Shown: positions 39,180 to 52,627 of the stretch, piece after piece
Layout of the letters: every line of letters starts with the position of its first letter
Position numbering within the stretch: the first letter of the stretch is position 1
DNA from: Camelus ferus
Lineage: Eukaryota
Assembly: GCF_009834535.1 (NCBI RefSeq)
Contig: NC_045707.1
Span: 14,446,001 to 14,510,000 of the forward strand
Length of the DNA stretch: 64,000 bases
Reading direction: 5' to 3'
Program-made: the position numbers and the translations under genes
The notes under the pieces: model-generated
Database searches by the model: none
Told to the model about the DNA's origin: nothing
What the model saw: only the letters and a program-made list of their open reading frames with translations

Positions 39180-40594
39180 GTCTCATGTTTTCCAAGGCAT
39201 ATGCCTTCCTGAGTGTATTACTGAGGCAGAGTAATAAGTAGACGTGTGAGATCAGTGGGAGGAATGGCCATCCAACCCTGCCCTCCCACACACACCCCTA
39301 CCCGGGGCTTACTCCTAAAACCCTGGAGACTTTAGGAAAAGGCTTTGTCCCATGATCAGGAAGGGAATAGCATGCAATACCCTGGGAGATGTGTCACGTG
39401 TTTAAATTCCCACTAAAATCATATGATGATTACCAAGTTATTTCCTGAGAATTTGTTTTCATTAAGTATTGGAGAGGCCATGCCTCCCTTGCCTGGCCCT
39501 GTAAGACCCAAACGAGGCCTCAGGGGCTTCATTTGGGAGCTGCTGGTCTCTGAGCGGAGAGAAATATGGTCTGACTGCCTAAAGCCCCAGCGGGTATAGG
39601 GAATTGGAAGATAACTCCGCTAATTCAGAAGTGGGATCATTTAAATTGGAATCTTCGAATGCTGGATTGTCAAAACAGGAAGAGAGCTCAGAAAAACAAC
39701 CTAGACCAAAACCCTCATTTAAAGATGAGAAAATTGAGCCACAGAGGAAGGAGATGACTTGCCCAGGTTTGGACCATCACTGAGAAGCCGAAACAGACTT
39801 CAGGACTCAAATCTCCTGTTTCTCCTTCTATCACATTTCTCTTAATCAAATTAGAATAAATAAAGTTCTGCAAACACCCTCCTTGCAGACCAGCGAAGCA
39901 GCAAGGAAGAGTAATGGAGTGCAGGGTCCAAACCAAAGGGCCCCAGGTGTCCAGATTCTTCACTTGCTGAGCTCGCTGTAAGGGTCCTCTGTTCTTACCA
40001 CTTGTTTTTAGAAAGCGTTCCTCTCATAGCTCCCATTTCCTGATCTCAGGGGTAAGGAAACCCCTCCACCCACTCAAGTCACACATTTCAGATCCTTGGA
40101 GCCCCTGCCCTTGCTGTCCTTTTCCCACCTCACATCTCCATCTGTCAAAATCCCACCAGTACTTTAAAACAAGCTGAAACGTTACTCCTGTCACACATCT
40201 TTCTTTGATCCCCTTTTTTCCCACAGCCCCTCATCAAATACAAATTCTCTTTCCTCTTATGAACACTCAGGGCACATTTCTAACCTCTCTCATGATGCTT
40301 ATGACACTATTTCTTGTATTATAATTATATATTAATGTTTATCTTATCTTTCCCACCAGTCCTTCAGGGAAGAGACACTTTACTTTTAGCCAATTTTGGA
40401 TCTCATCCATAGTTCCTTGATGTTGAACTGATACAGAAAGCAACCTCCATCCTAATGTTATAAGTTCAACCTATTTCGTCTTTAGTAGAAATGGAAAGTG
40501 GCTATGACCCATGGCTTCAGTGTCCACCCACTCATTCTATTTCCCCTAAATCCCCCCAGGAAGGAAATTCAGCCAGCCACTCAAAATCAGGCCC

Positions 40595-40600
40595 TTTATT
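40595..40600 (-). terminator. LALBA: LALBA polyadenylation signal AATAAA
   Basis: tttatt on + strand ~240 nt after the stop codon, followed by GT/T-rich sequence on the minus strand. Confidence 0.85.
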
Positions 40601-40840
40601 CAGGACAGATGTGGAATCCATTGTTGTAGCAAAAACACTATCGGGGTGCTGAGCAGAAGTCCAGTACACCAGTCACACATCCCTGGAGAATAGTCCTCAT
40701 GTCCAGTGGTGTCACTACAGGGCCCAGGGCTCAGAGACAAACTAGCTTCAAGGGGTTAGAAAGAAGCAAAATGTGGTAGCCTTAGGGAAGAGGCGCTCTA
40801 GGAGGACAGAGAGGGCGGAAGCAGCAAAGACAGCAGGCAT

Positions 40841-42598
40841 TCACCACTTCTCACATTGCCACTGCTCCAGCTTCTCAGAACAGAGTGGTTTATGGGCCAA
40901 CCTGATCGTGAAAAAAGAGACAACACAAGTTGACTAACTGGATTGTAGCCCGAAATTCCATATACCTTTATTCCCAAGACGGCTGAGGTGGAAGAGTGAG
41001 TGAAAATTACAGAAAGATTGTCCTAGCCAGGTGGCACAGGACACTGAGCCACCTAATGGAGTAAGTCCATTTTTTAAACTCCAGGAAAATTGTAGGGCAG
41101 TGGTACAAAAGACTTGCTGTAGGGTCTAGGACTAAACAAGTAGAATTAGACGTCTGAGTCCAGGTAGAGGGAAGCCTGGACCTCAGTCCCCTATTAGGGA
41201 ACCCTTGTTAGGACACTTGCTAAACAGGAGTGGAGTGAATGAGGCTTGAACATTGAAAACCTGAGTCTGTTTATTGAGTTTTGTTTTGAAGACTACATTC
41301 TAGATTAAATGACCAGGAAACAGAGATGGGTGGAATGGTGCTGGAACTAAAGGGATGAGAAGAAGGAGGGGAAGGAAAAAGTAGAAAATAGAACTGGGAC
41401 TCACCAGTAGTCAATTCCTTCCTTATCCAGGATCTTCTTGGCACACATTTTGTCGTCAGTGAGGTCATCATCCAGGAACTCTGGCAGGGGTTACAGGGAA
41501 AGGAAAGAGAGATCTAAGTATTACCTAGAAAGGTAATGAGTTTCCCTCTTCTCTGGATCTAGTAGGTCTGGTCCTCTCTGAACTGGAAGCTTATGCCTGT
41601 TGCCTTTCTATACGAGAAAGCTAATACGGTAATGCCTGCCCCTTGGTAGGGGCTCCCTTCGCTTCTCTGGGGCCTCTCCAAAGGAATTATCAGTCTTATC
41701 AACTGACTTACTCTAAAAAGGTAAGGTCTCAGTTTTCAAGATTCCCAAACAACTCAGATCATCTATTCGTGAACTTCAAGGGACTGTCTGGGGATTTAGT
41801 GATAGGAAAAACTCTAACAGCCTCTTAGTCAGTATGGTCAATTCAAATCCCACAGTCACTGTGGAGTTCAAGGCAGTGAAGCCAGAAGTGTGCCTGACAC
41901 CAAAAAGATTATCCCAGGAGTAGGCTCCAGCGGGGGGGAAACCCACAAGAACAGGGTGGAAGAGGTTACTCACTGTCACAGGAGATGTCGCAGATGTTCC
42001 TTGACTGAAGGTTCTCATTGTCTCTGCACCAAATTTTATTGTTGATCTGGAAGAGTCCATATTCTCTGTTGCCATTGTTAGAAACTACAGTTTCTGTGTC
42101 ATAACCGCTCATGTGAAATATGATACAGATCCCTGAAGGAAAGATTAAAAGGAGGTATCACAAGGGTGTCCGTGCACAGCATAAAAGAGGAGCTGCATCC
42201 CCAGACAGAAAAAGGCTCCCCAGCCCATCTCCAAATATGGCAAACCACAGAACATCTTGATGAGACAGAGTTCCAAAAGGGATCAGACAATGGGAGAGAG
42301 GAAAGACAGGTGAACAAATGTAATAAAAGAGTAAACAGATAAGCAGAGAAGATAAGAGGATTATTAGGTAATTGAATTAAAAGTAGAGAAGCAAAGAGGA
42401 GGAAAAGAGGGTGGAAGAGAGAAGAGGATGAAATATGGAGCAAAGCAAGATACCAGCAAACTTACATTCAGCCAGAGTGATGCCTCCGTGGCCATTCATG
42501 TCTTTCAGCTCGTCGGACAGCTTACATTTTGTAAATTGTTTGGCCTGGATGGTAGGGAACAGGATGCCCACCAGGAGCAGAGAGACCAAGGACATCAT
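40841..42598 (-). CDS. LALBA: Alpha-lactalbumin precursor, 142 aa, 4 exons (42598-42466, 42132-41974, 41480-41405, 40901-40841)
   Basis: Coding exon lengths 133/159/76/61 nt, all introns GT-AG. Spliced protein: [142 protein letters not shown]. Eight Cys, Ca-binding loop and F31/H32/Q117/W118 intact. Confidence 0.99.
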
Positions 42599-42623
42599 TT
42601 TGGCTGCCCCCAAGATCCTGAAA

Positions 42624-42903
42624 TGGAGACACCACACAGCTTCACCTCCTTTTATTCATGGAGAAATGCCCTGGCATCAAGCCCGACAACTAGGAAGAGG
42701 ATGAAGAGAGACTGGTCAAGCCAACAAAGAAACACTGAGCCTGCCAGCTTCCTTCCATAACTTCACCCCATTTTTCCTTTCCCTCCTAGAATCTCTAGTC
42801 CATACCGGGTATATTTCCCTGTTCAGAGAGCGTTACAAGCATGATCCTGTTTCCCATTTGGCTTTGTCTATATCTTTGCTTCTTGTAGGGTTGGTTCTAG
42901 GAA
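42624..42903 (-). promoter_or_regulatory. LALBA: LALBA proximal promoter
   Basis: Predicted TSS ATTTCAG at ~42624; TATA-like AATAAAA at 42650-42656; milk-box-like GGAAGGAAGCTGGCAGGCTCAGTGTTTCT at 42728-42756 (contains NF1 half-site TGGCA); STAT5 GAS TTCCTAGAA at 42895-42903. Confidence 0.8.
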
Positions 42904-43749
42904 GCAGGATGTCCCCAGCCTACTTCAGGAACAAAGGAAGCCTCAGGGGTAATATAAGTGAAGCAATCAGAAAATACAAAAAGGGTTCATGGCCAACTCC
43001 CCCTTCTCCTGAGAGACAAACAGAATATGGGAAAGGAGTGTATGTCATCACATGTCGCAGTCCCAGGATCAGAGCTGGCACTTGCCCAGTCAACCAGGCA
43101 TGAATCAAAGCCCAGGAAGAGTCACTGGATATTTTGGTTCAGATATAGGGCAGAGGGCTCAGGAATAGGAATAGAATATGGCCACACAGACTATAAAAAT
43201 CAGACATAACTTGGATCCAAAGACTTTCTACTTCACCAGAACAGAGAACTGGAAAAGTGTGCATGACAGGATCTATGAGCTATTATCAGGCTTCCCACCC
43301 GCAACCACCACTACCACTAACTAGCCAGTTACTACACTGTAAATCTAAAAACTAATAACTTGTAAAAGATTTGTTCATAAATAAACTTGTGGATAGCCTC
43401 AGAATTGGCCACAGAAGGTTCAAAAGAGAGTGACCCAAGCCAGTGGGAAGATCGGGCTTTAAGCACTTCAAGATTGGAGTAGTTTATCTCTAGAGCCTAT
43501 AAGACAAGATTCCGGATCTGAGCTTTAAGATCAGTATCCTTGAGCAGTAGAGTTGAGATACTAGTGCTGAATGAGTCCTTCCACTTGGTAGCATCAAGCT
43601 TCGTGTTATGGTGCCAATAGCTGGTAGCTTCCTTCATGCCAGGGCTCATTCTCTCTGGCCCCAAACTTTAAACCTGATTTCTTATATTGCATTGGGTGTC
43701 CATCCCAACCAAAATGTCACCAGGAAAAGAGAATTGCTAACCTCAAGGG

Positions 43750-44107
43750 TGTTTAAAGGAAAGGGAAATAAGAATTACTCCGGTTCCTAGTCACCCCAAA
43801 AAAAGATTTTTGACAAGAGACAAAAAGCGTGATATAAACAAGATTTTTATTGGTGAAGTAAAAAAAGAACAGTGAAAGATAGGACACTCCTGAGAATTGG
43901 GAGCAGGCCAATCCAAGAGAGGATAAATGGCACTGTTCCTTTGTTTTTCCTGTTTTTATATCCTGGTTTCGTGATTGATTGATTGATTGACAGCTCAGGT
44001 TCCCTGTGCTCTGGTTAATTGACAGCTCAGGTTCCTTGTGTTCTGGGTTGTTCCTTTCCCCTTCCTCTCCCCCTGCCCAGAGCTCACCTCTATGTAACTG
44101 CCTAACA
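43750..44107 (-). mobile_element. 358-bp ERV solo LTR co-oriented with LALBA
   Basis: Minus strand begins TGTTAGG and ends TTTAAACA; contains TATAAA (43955-43960), AATAAA (43846-43851), two ~32-bp direct repeats and (GATT)4. TSD not clean. Confidence 0.75.
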
Positions 44108-45309
44108 AAAGGATTTAAGACTTCCAAACTGAAGGTATTCCAAACTGTTATAGCATACCACCCTTCAGAATCAGGGCAAACTCCTCTCAGTTTTACCCCA
44201 TGTCCTATACCATGGATTACCAGTATATGCAGGTGTGGAGGATCATGGTGTGCCAAGAGAGATGAGCAGAGAGTCCTGATAACAAACAGATCCATATCCA
44301 GAAACAGCAAAAGTGCTGCCACTGCATTTCTGCTTCCTTCCACCCAGAGGCATTGGAGGAGCATGTGAAGGACAGGAAAAGGAATTCTATCACACCAAGC
44401 AAGTATGGTTGAAAATATGGCTGGGAGTGAGAAGATGACCTTGAACCCTGTGGGAGGGGGACAGATAAGAAAGCAAGTCCTGAGGATTAGTCCTTCCAAC
44501 AGTGGAGTCTGGTATAAAATGTCTCCTGCCCCGGGCTGTTGACTAAGTACCTGTGATAGAATAAAATGGTGGGCCGGGACAGCGGGAATCACAGGGGCTT
44601 TCTTGTGCTTCCAGCCCAGTCAAGACTAATGGCAGCAGTCTGTTTGCCTATCATGTAGTTGTGTCCTTCCCTGAAGCAGTATCGAGGTCAGGAGTCACAG
44701 CTAAGTGCAAAAAGAAAATAATGTGCCTCAGGCAAGAGGAACCCATTATTTCCTAGAAATATTTATCAAATAGCATATCTGGGGGCATCTAGTACAGAAG
44801 ATAGATGTCTAATGGGAACAATTACGACATTTGGAGAAAGATGTCCATTCTTGGAGGTGGACCAAAGAAGAACAACAATGATCTCAGCACTGAAAGAGGA
44901 AGTGTATGGAAAGACGGGACGAAGGAAAACGCCTGCCAAAAGCTCCCTTTCCAGAGAGGTAGGGGACTCTGCATGCGGGCCAGGATCTGAACTGAGGAAG
45001 TGAAGAGGCACTTACAACACACTGGATTTTTCAGAAATACACTACGAAGCTATGCTCATTCCCTCCAATGCTGTCTGTGGTAAAAAAAAAAAAAAAAAAA
45101 AAAAAAAGAAAATCAGGATTTATCAAATCAGCTTTTTCAAACCAGTCCTCTCTGGCGGATTTCTAGAGGTTAAGGAATTAGAACCATCTGCCTCAAAGCA
45201 CATTTGGCAGTAGTCATCCGAAACTGTAGATGAGTGGTGATTTACAGAGAGAGCCCGGGACTACCGTTTGGAAGGAACACCCCAAGAATCACAATAATAC
45301 TGCTCTTTA

Positions 45310-45470
45310 GGGGAGGGTATAGCTCTGTGGCAGAGCGCACGCCTAGCATTCATGGGGTCCTGGGTTCAATCCCCAGTATCTCCATTAAAAAAAAAAAAAA
45401 AGTATACAAACCCAATTACCTCCCTGGCAAATAAACTAAACAATAAAAATAAAATATAAAAAAATAATAA
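45310..45470 (+). mobile_element. Camelid tRNA-derived SINE
   Basis: ggggagggtatagctctgtggcagagcgcacgcctagcattcatggggtcctgggttcaatccccagtatctcca followed by A-rich tails. Confidence 0.9.
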
Positions 45471-46619
45471 TATTGATCGTTACTTTTTTTATTGTTACTT
45501 TTTACAGTTAATATTCTCGCCTTGTTCTGCTTCCTCCCATAATCCAGGTAAATTATCACTAAGTGGACAACAAAGCTAGATCTTGGACTTGTAACCTAAA
45601 TTCAGACCAATTCTTAAATGAATTAGAGTTATTTAAAGCAAATAAAACTTAGGGAGGAAGTGCTTTTTATCGGTGCTTTGCTTTCCTTTGCTTTTTTTTT
45701 TTTCCCCTTGGTTGCTTTTGCAAAATCACCTAGCACCACGAATTTGCATTCCATATCTACACCAAAGGCCTGCTCACAATTTGTATAGGACTATTTTGAA
45801 TTGTCATATTTGCATTACTATTTTTATAACTGCTTTCATGCTTAAATGAACTATTGATTGATTTTTGTGAACTGACAGTAGTATCAACAAAATGTGCAAA
45901 TATACAAATGTAAATCATAACACAATTTGAAAATATACTAATGAAAACAAATTATACCTTTTAAACTGAATATTAGCTAAAACATTGATATGCATGTAAT
46001 TATTAAGAATGTAAAGAAATTTCCATGCAAATCATAATAGATTTTTATTTTTAACTTATGAAATGTTTGTTTTAAAATGAACACATTATATAACACTTAT
46101 TTTATATAATTTTACATCAGCACCTTTGATAGAATCATACACCCTATTTTTTGTTAAGGTGGTACCTTTTTTCCTTTTCTTTTTGGATTGACTGCCCTCT
46201 CCCTCTCCTCATTTTCTCCTGCCACACATTGTAGCATTAACACATATTAATGGTCCACCATACATCCATCAATATTTTTATCAATTATTATATTTATATA
46301 CATATGTATTGTTTTGCTAGTCATTTTTCAAAATTTTATCCATCTGAAATTCTATGTGGGTTCCCTCTTCTGCTCAACTTGTCGTATTTGTCTGTTCTAA
46401 CACAAATACCTTATTGATTTCATTGCAGTGGATTTTTGATCTGTTTTAATACCTGGTATGACAAGTCTTCCTTGTTATTTTCTACTTTTTAGAAAACTAA
46501 TCAAACTTTTTATTTTCAAAAAGAATTCAAACCTACATAAAGTAGTAAAAATATTGTAACTCACATATACCCTTCACACAGACCCACTGTCAACCATTTC
46601 GCCACATTTGTGGGTTCTC

Positions 46620-49135
46620 TCTCAAGTTTTTTTCCAGCTTTATTGAGATGTAGTTAACGTACAGCATTGTATAAGTTTAAGGTGTCCAACGTAATGATTT
46701 GGTACACATATGTATTGTGGAATGATTACCAAAATAAAGTCAGTTAACACCTCCATTCCTCACATAGTTACCACTTCTGTGTGTGTGTGTGTGGTGAGAA
46801 AGTTAAAGGTTTACTCCTGTAGCAACTTTCAAGTGTGTAATACAGTATTGTTAACTTTAATCACCATGCTGTATGTTGCTGTATGTTAGATCCCCAGAAC
46901 TTATTCATCTTATAATTGGAAGTCTGTACCCTTTGACAGATATCTCCCTATTTCCCCACTCCCTAATCCCTGGCAACCACTATTCTACTGTTTCTGTAAA
47001 TTTAGTGTTTTTAGGTTCCACATAGGAATAAGCATACAGTAAGTGTCTTTCTGTCTGCCTTCTTTCATTTAGCATAATGCCATCAAGTTCCATCCATGTT
47101 GCAAGTGGCAAGATTTCCTTCCTTTTAAAGGCTGAATAGTAATCCAGAGGGTATATCAACATTATTTTTTATTGTAATAAGCTATGCAGCTTATATTCTG
47201 CAAACTTTCTTAAAATAGGATTCTTCAAGGATTTTTATCACTTCAAGTCATACCATTTAAGTCCTTAATCCATTTTGAATTAATATTTTTGATTACTGTA
47301 AGATAGTCCAATTCACATTCTTTTGAATATAAATATCCAGTTTTTCCCAGCACAATTTATTAAAGACACTATCATTTCTCCATTGAGCAATCTTGACTCC
47401 CTTGTCAAAGATTAGTTCACTGTATATGCATAGGTTTATATTTGAGTCTTCTATTCTGTTCCATTGGTCTACGTATCTGTTTTTATACTAGTACCATACT
47501 GTCTTGATTATTTTAGCCTTATAACATAGTTTGAAATAAGGAAGCGTGATTCCTCCAGCTTTGCTGTTTCTCAGAATTGCTTTGGCTATTTGGAGGCTTC
47601 TGTGATTCAACACAAATTTTAGCATTGTTTTGTCTATCTAAAGTAGACATTTTAGAAATAGACATTTTATGAAAAATGCCATTGAATATTGATAGAGATT
47701 GCATTGAATCTGCAGATGACTTCGGGTAGTATAGATTTTTTTTCAGGGTATGAACATTTTAATTTATTCTTTTATTGAAGAGCAGTTGACTTATAACATT
47801 ATACTAGTTTCAGGTGTAAAACATAGTAATTGATATTTTATAGGTTATACTCCATTTAAAGTTATTATAAAACATTGACTATATTCTCTGTGCTGTACAT
47901 TACATCCTTGAAGCTTATTTATTTTTCATCTAGTACTTTATACTTCTTAATTCCTTCACGTATTTTGCCCTTCTCCCCACCTCATCCCCCTCTGGTAACC
48001 TCCAGTTTGCTCTCTGTATGTGAATCTGTTTCTGTTTTGTTATATTTGTTCATTTGTTTTATTTTATATATTCCACATATAAGTGATAACATACAGTATT
48101 TGTCATCTCTGTCTGNNNNNNNNNNNNNNNNNNNNNNNNNNNNNNNNNNNNNNNNNNNNNNNNNNNNNNNNNNNNNNNNNNNNNNNNNNNNNNNNNNNNN
48201 NNNNNNNNNNNNNNNNNNNNNNNNNNNNNNNNNNNNNNNNNNNNNNNNNNNNNNNNNNNNNNNNNNNNNNNNNNNNNNNNNNNNNNNNNNNNNNNNNNNN
48301 NNNNNNNNNNNNNNNNNNNNNNNNNNCAAATTAGTTTTTTTCNNNNNNNNNNNNNNNNNNNNNNNNNNNNNNNNNNNNNNNNNNNNNNNNNNNNNNNNNN
48401 NNNNNNNNNNNNNNNNNNNNNNNNNNNNNNNNNNNNNNNNNNNNNNNNNNNNNNNNNNNNNNNNNNNNNNNNNNNNNNNNNNNNNNNNNNNNNNNNNNNN
48501 NNNNNNNNNNNNNNNNNNNNNNNNNNTGGNNNNNNNNNNNNNNNNNNNNNNNNNNNNNNNNNNNNNNNNNNNNNNNNNNNNNNNNNNNNNNNNNNNNNNN
48601 NNNNNNNNNNNNNNNNNNNNNNNNNNNNNNNNNNNNNNNNNNNNNNNNNNNNNNNNNNNATTCCTCTCCTCTGCCCATTTTTTAATTAAGTTTTTGTTTG
48701 TTTGTTTTTCTATTGAGTTGTATGAGTTTTTAAAATATTTTAGATATTAATTCCTTATTGGACCTACTATTTGCAAATATCTTCTCCCATTTGGTAGATG
48801 TCCTTTTCATTTTGTGGATGGTTTCCTTCACTGTGCAAAATCTTTTAAGTTTGATTATAACCCATTTGTTTATTGTTGCTTTTGTTTCCTTTGCCTGAGG
48901 TGACAGATCCAAAGAAATAAGACCAACTAAGACCAATGCCAACAACATATTCCCTGTGTTTTCTTCTAGGAGTTTTACAGTTTCAGGTCTAAAATTTAGG
49001 TCTTTAACCTATTTTGAATTTGTTTTTATATACCATGTGAGAAAATGTTCTAGTTTTCTTCTTTTACATATAGCTGCCCAGTTTCCCCAACACCACTTAG
49101 TGAAAAGACTGGTTTTTTCCCCACTGTATATTCTT
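46620..49135 (-). mobile_element. Stack of older L1 fragments (3'UTR and ORF2); 3' part of the host L1
   Basis: Several L1 3'UTR and ORF2 segments (ORF track 46980-47162, 47519-47704, 48730-48948), all antisense. Confidence 0.85.
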
Positions 49136-52100
49136 TTTTTTTTTTTTAACATTTTTTATTGATTTATAATCATTTTACAATGTTCTGTCAAATTCCAGTG
49201 TTCAGCACAATTTTTCAGTTATTCATGGACATATACACACTCATTGTCACATTTTTTTCTCTGTGAGTTATCATAACATTTTGTGTATATTTCCCTGTGC
49301 TATACAGTGTAGTCTATTCTACAATTTTGAAATCCCAGTCTATCCCTTCCCACCCTCCACCCCCCTGGTAACCACAAGTCTGTATTCTCTGTCTGTGAGT
49401 CTATTTCTGTCCTTTATTTACGCTTTGTTTTTGTTTGTTTGTTTGTTTTTGTTTTTGTTTTTTAGATTCCACATATGAGCGATCTCATATGGTATTTTTC
49501 TTTCTCTCTCTGGCCTACCTCACTTAGAATGNNNNNNNNNNNNNNNNNNNNNNNNNNNNNNNNNNNNNNNNNNNNNNNNNNNNNNNNNNNNNNNNNNNNN
49601 NNNNNNNNNNNNNNNNNNNNNNNNNNNNNNNNNNNNNNNNNNNNNNNNNNNNNNNNNNNNNNNNNNNNNNNNNNNNNNNNNNNNNNNNNNNNNNNNNNNN
49701 NNNNNNNNNNNNNNNNNNNNTCCTGAAGTAGATTTCCTTCTGGATACAAGTCCAGGAGTGGGATTCCTGGGTCATATGGTAAGTCTATTCCTAGTCTTTT
49801 GAGGAATCTCCACACTGTTTTCCATAGTGGCTGCACCAAACTGCATTCCCACCAGCAGTGTAGGAGGGTTCCCCTTTCTCCACAGCCCCTCCAGCATTTG
49901 TCATTTGTGGATNNNNNNNNNNNNNNNNNNNNNNNNNNNNNNNNNNNNNNNNNNNNNNNNNNNNNNNNNNNNNNNNNNNNNNNNNNNNNNNNNNNNNNNN
50001 NNNNNNNNNNNNNNNNNNNNNNNNNNNNNNNNNNNNNNNNNNNNNNNNNNNNNNNNNNNNCTTCTGCCCATTTTTGGATTGGGTTGTTTATTTTTTTCTT
50101 ATTGAGTCGTATGAGCTGCTTATATATTCTGGAGATCAAGCCTTTGTCGGTTTCACTTGCAAAAATTTTCTCCCATTCCGTAGGTTTTCTTCTTGTTTTA
50201 TTTCTGGTTTCCTTTGCTGTGCAGAAGCTTGTAAGTTTCACTAGGTCCCATTTGTTTATTCTTGCTTTTATTTCTACTAGGAGAAAATTTTTTAAATGTA
50301 TGTCAGATAATGTTTTGCCTATGTTTTCCTCTAGGAGGTTTATTGTATCTTGTCTTATGTTTAAGTCTTTAATCCATTTTGAGTTGATTTTTGTATATGG
50401 TGTAAGGGAGTGTTCTAGCTTCATTGTTTTACATGCTGCTGTCCAGTTTTCCCAACACCATTTGCTGAAGAGACTGTCTTTATTCCAATGTATATTCTTG
50501 CCTCCTTTGTCAAAGATGAGTTGACCAAAAGTTTGTGGGTTCATTTCTGGGCTCTCTATTCTGTTCCATTGGTCTATATGTCTGTTTTGGTACCAATACC
50601 ATGCTGTCTTGATGACTGTAGCTCTATAGTATTGTCTGAAGTCTGGGAGAGTTATTCCTCCAGCCTCTTTCTTTCTCTTCAGTAATGCTTTGGCAATTCT
50701 AGGTCTTTGATGGTTCCATATGAATTTTATTATGATTTTTTCTAGTTCTGTGAAATATNNNNNNNNNNNNNNNNNNNNNNNNNNNNNNNNNNNNNNNNNN
50801 NNNNNNNNNNNNNNNNNNNNNNNNNNNNNNNNNNNNNNNNNNNNNNNNNNNNNNNNNNNNNNNNNNNNNNNNNNNNNNNNNNNNNNNNNNNNNNNNNNNN
50901 NNNNNNNNNNNNNNNNNGTGTATAATTCTTTCACCTCCTTGGTTTGATTTATTCCCAGATATTTTATTACTTTGGGTGCTATTTTAAAGGGGATTGTTTC
51001 TTTACTTTCTTCTTCTGTTGATTTATCGTTAGTGTAAAGAAATGCAACTGATTTTTGAACGTTAATTTTATAACCTGCTACCTTGCTGAATTCTTCAATC
51101 AGCTCTAGTAGCTTTCGTGTGGACCTTTTAGGGTTTTCTATATATAGTAACATGTCATCAGCATATAATGNNNNNNNNNNNNNNNNNNNNNNNNNNNNNN
51201 NNNNNNNNNNNNNNNNNNNNNNNNNNNNNNNNNNNNNNNNNNNNNNNNNNNNNNNNNNNNNNNNNNNNNNNNNNNNNNNNNNNNNNNNNNNNNNNNNNNN
51301 NNNNNNNNNNNNNNNTTTGAGTTTTTCACCGNNNNNNNNNNNNNNNNNNNNNNNNNNNNNNNNNNNNNNNNNNNNNNNNNNNNNNNNNNNNNNNNNNNNN
51401 NNNNNNNNNNNNNNNNNNNNNNNNNNNNNNNNNNNNNNNNNNNNNNNNNNNNNNNNNNNNNNNNNNNNNNNNNNNNNNNNNNNNNNNNNNNNNNNNNNNN
51501 NNNNNNNNNNNNNNNNNNNNNNNNNNNNNNNNNNNNNNNNNNNNNNNNNNNNNNNNNNNNNNNNNNNNNNNNNNNNNNNNNNNNNNNNNNNNNNNNNNNN
51601 NNNNNNNNNNNNNNNNNNNNNNNNNNNNNNNNNNNNNNNNNNNNNNNNNNNNNNNNNNNNNNNNNNNNNNNNNNNNNNNNNNNNNNNNNNNNNNNNNNNN
51701 NNNNNNNNNNNNNNNNNNNNNNNNNNNNNNNNNNNNNNNNNNNNNNNNNNNNNNNNNNNNNNNNNNNNNNNNNNNNNNNNNNNNNNNNNNNNNNNNNNNN
51801 NNNNNNNNNNNNNNNNNNNNNNNNNNNNNNNNNNNNNNNNNNCCAGTCCTGGACTTTTATTTGTAGGGAGGTTTTTAATTGCTGTTTCTATTTCCTTTCT
51901 AGTGATCGGATTGTTCAAGTGTTCAGATTCTTCTTGATTCAGTTTTGGTGGACAGTATGTTTCCAGAAACTTGTCCATCTCCTCTAGGTTATCCAGTTTG
52001 GTTCCATATAGTTTTTCATAATATTCTCGTATGATATTCTGTATTTCTATTTTGTTTGTTGTAATTTCTCCATTTTCCTTTCTTATTTTGCTAATTTGTG

Positions 52101-52627
52101 CTCTCTCTTTTTTCTTCTTTGTGAGTTTGGCCAGAGGTTTGTCGATTTTATTTACTTTTTCAAAAAAACAGCTTTTGGTTTGGTTGATTTTTTCTATGGT
52201 CTTGTTAATCTCTATTGTATTTAATTCCTCTCTGATCTTTATTATTTCCTTCCTTCTGCTGCTTTTTGGGGCTTTTTGTTCTTCTTTTTCTAATTCATTC
52301 AGGTGGTGGGTTAAATTGTTTATTTGAGATTGTTCTTCTTTTTTGAGGAAGGCCTGTATCGCTATAAACTTCCCTCTTAGCACTGCCTTTGCTATGTCCC
52401 ATAGGTTTTGAGTGGTTGTGCTTTCATTATCATTTGTCTCAAGGTATTTTTTAATTTCAGCTTTGATTTCCTCATTGATCCATTGTTTTTTCAATAACAT
52501 ATTGTTTAATCTCCATGCTTTCCTTTTTTTCTCCTTTGTTTCTCTGTTGTTGATTTCCAGTTTCATGGCATTGTGGTCAGTAAAGATGCTTGAGATAATT
52601 TCTATCTTCTTAAAATTGTTGAGGTTT
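49136..52627 (-). mobile_element. Young 5'-truncated camelid L1 (~3.5 kb) with an open ORF2 fragment
   Basis: 1056-codon frame (49462-52632) with the end of the endonuclease domain (TDHN), RT YADD and the C-terminal domain; 3'UTR and poly(A); perfect 16-bp TSD cccactgtatattctt at 49120-49135 and 52628-52643. Confidence 0.95.

Noticed and set aside
42377-42637. 86-aa ORF with extended N-terminus
   Set aside because: LALBA exon 1 read through into intron 1 from a non-ATG start upstream of the TSS.
43753-44592. 279-aa minus-strand ORF upstream of LALBA
   Set aside because: Non-ATG start, runs through the solo LTR and microsatellite, no recognisable domain or splice structure.
45310-45385. tRNA-Ala-like sequences (also 25.7k, 55.0k, 63.5k)
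   Set aside because: A-rich tails, shared non-tRNA 3' segment, TSDs and stem mismatches identify them as SINEs.
47875-51937. Long plus-strand ORFs containing X runs
   Set aside because: Artefacts of N-masking and antisense reading of L1.
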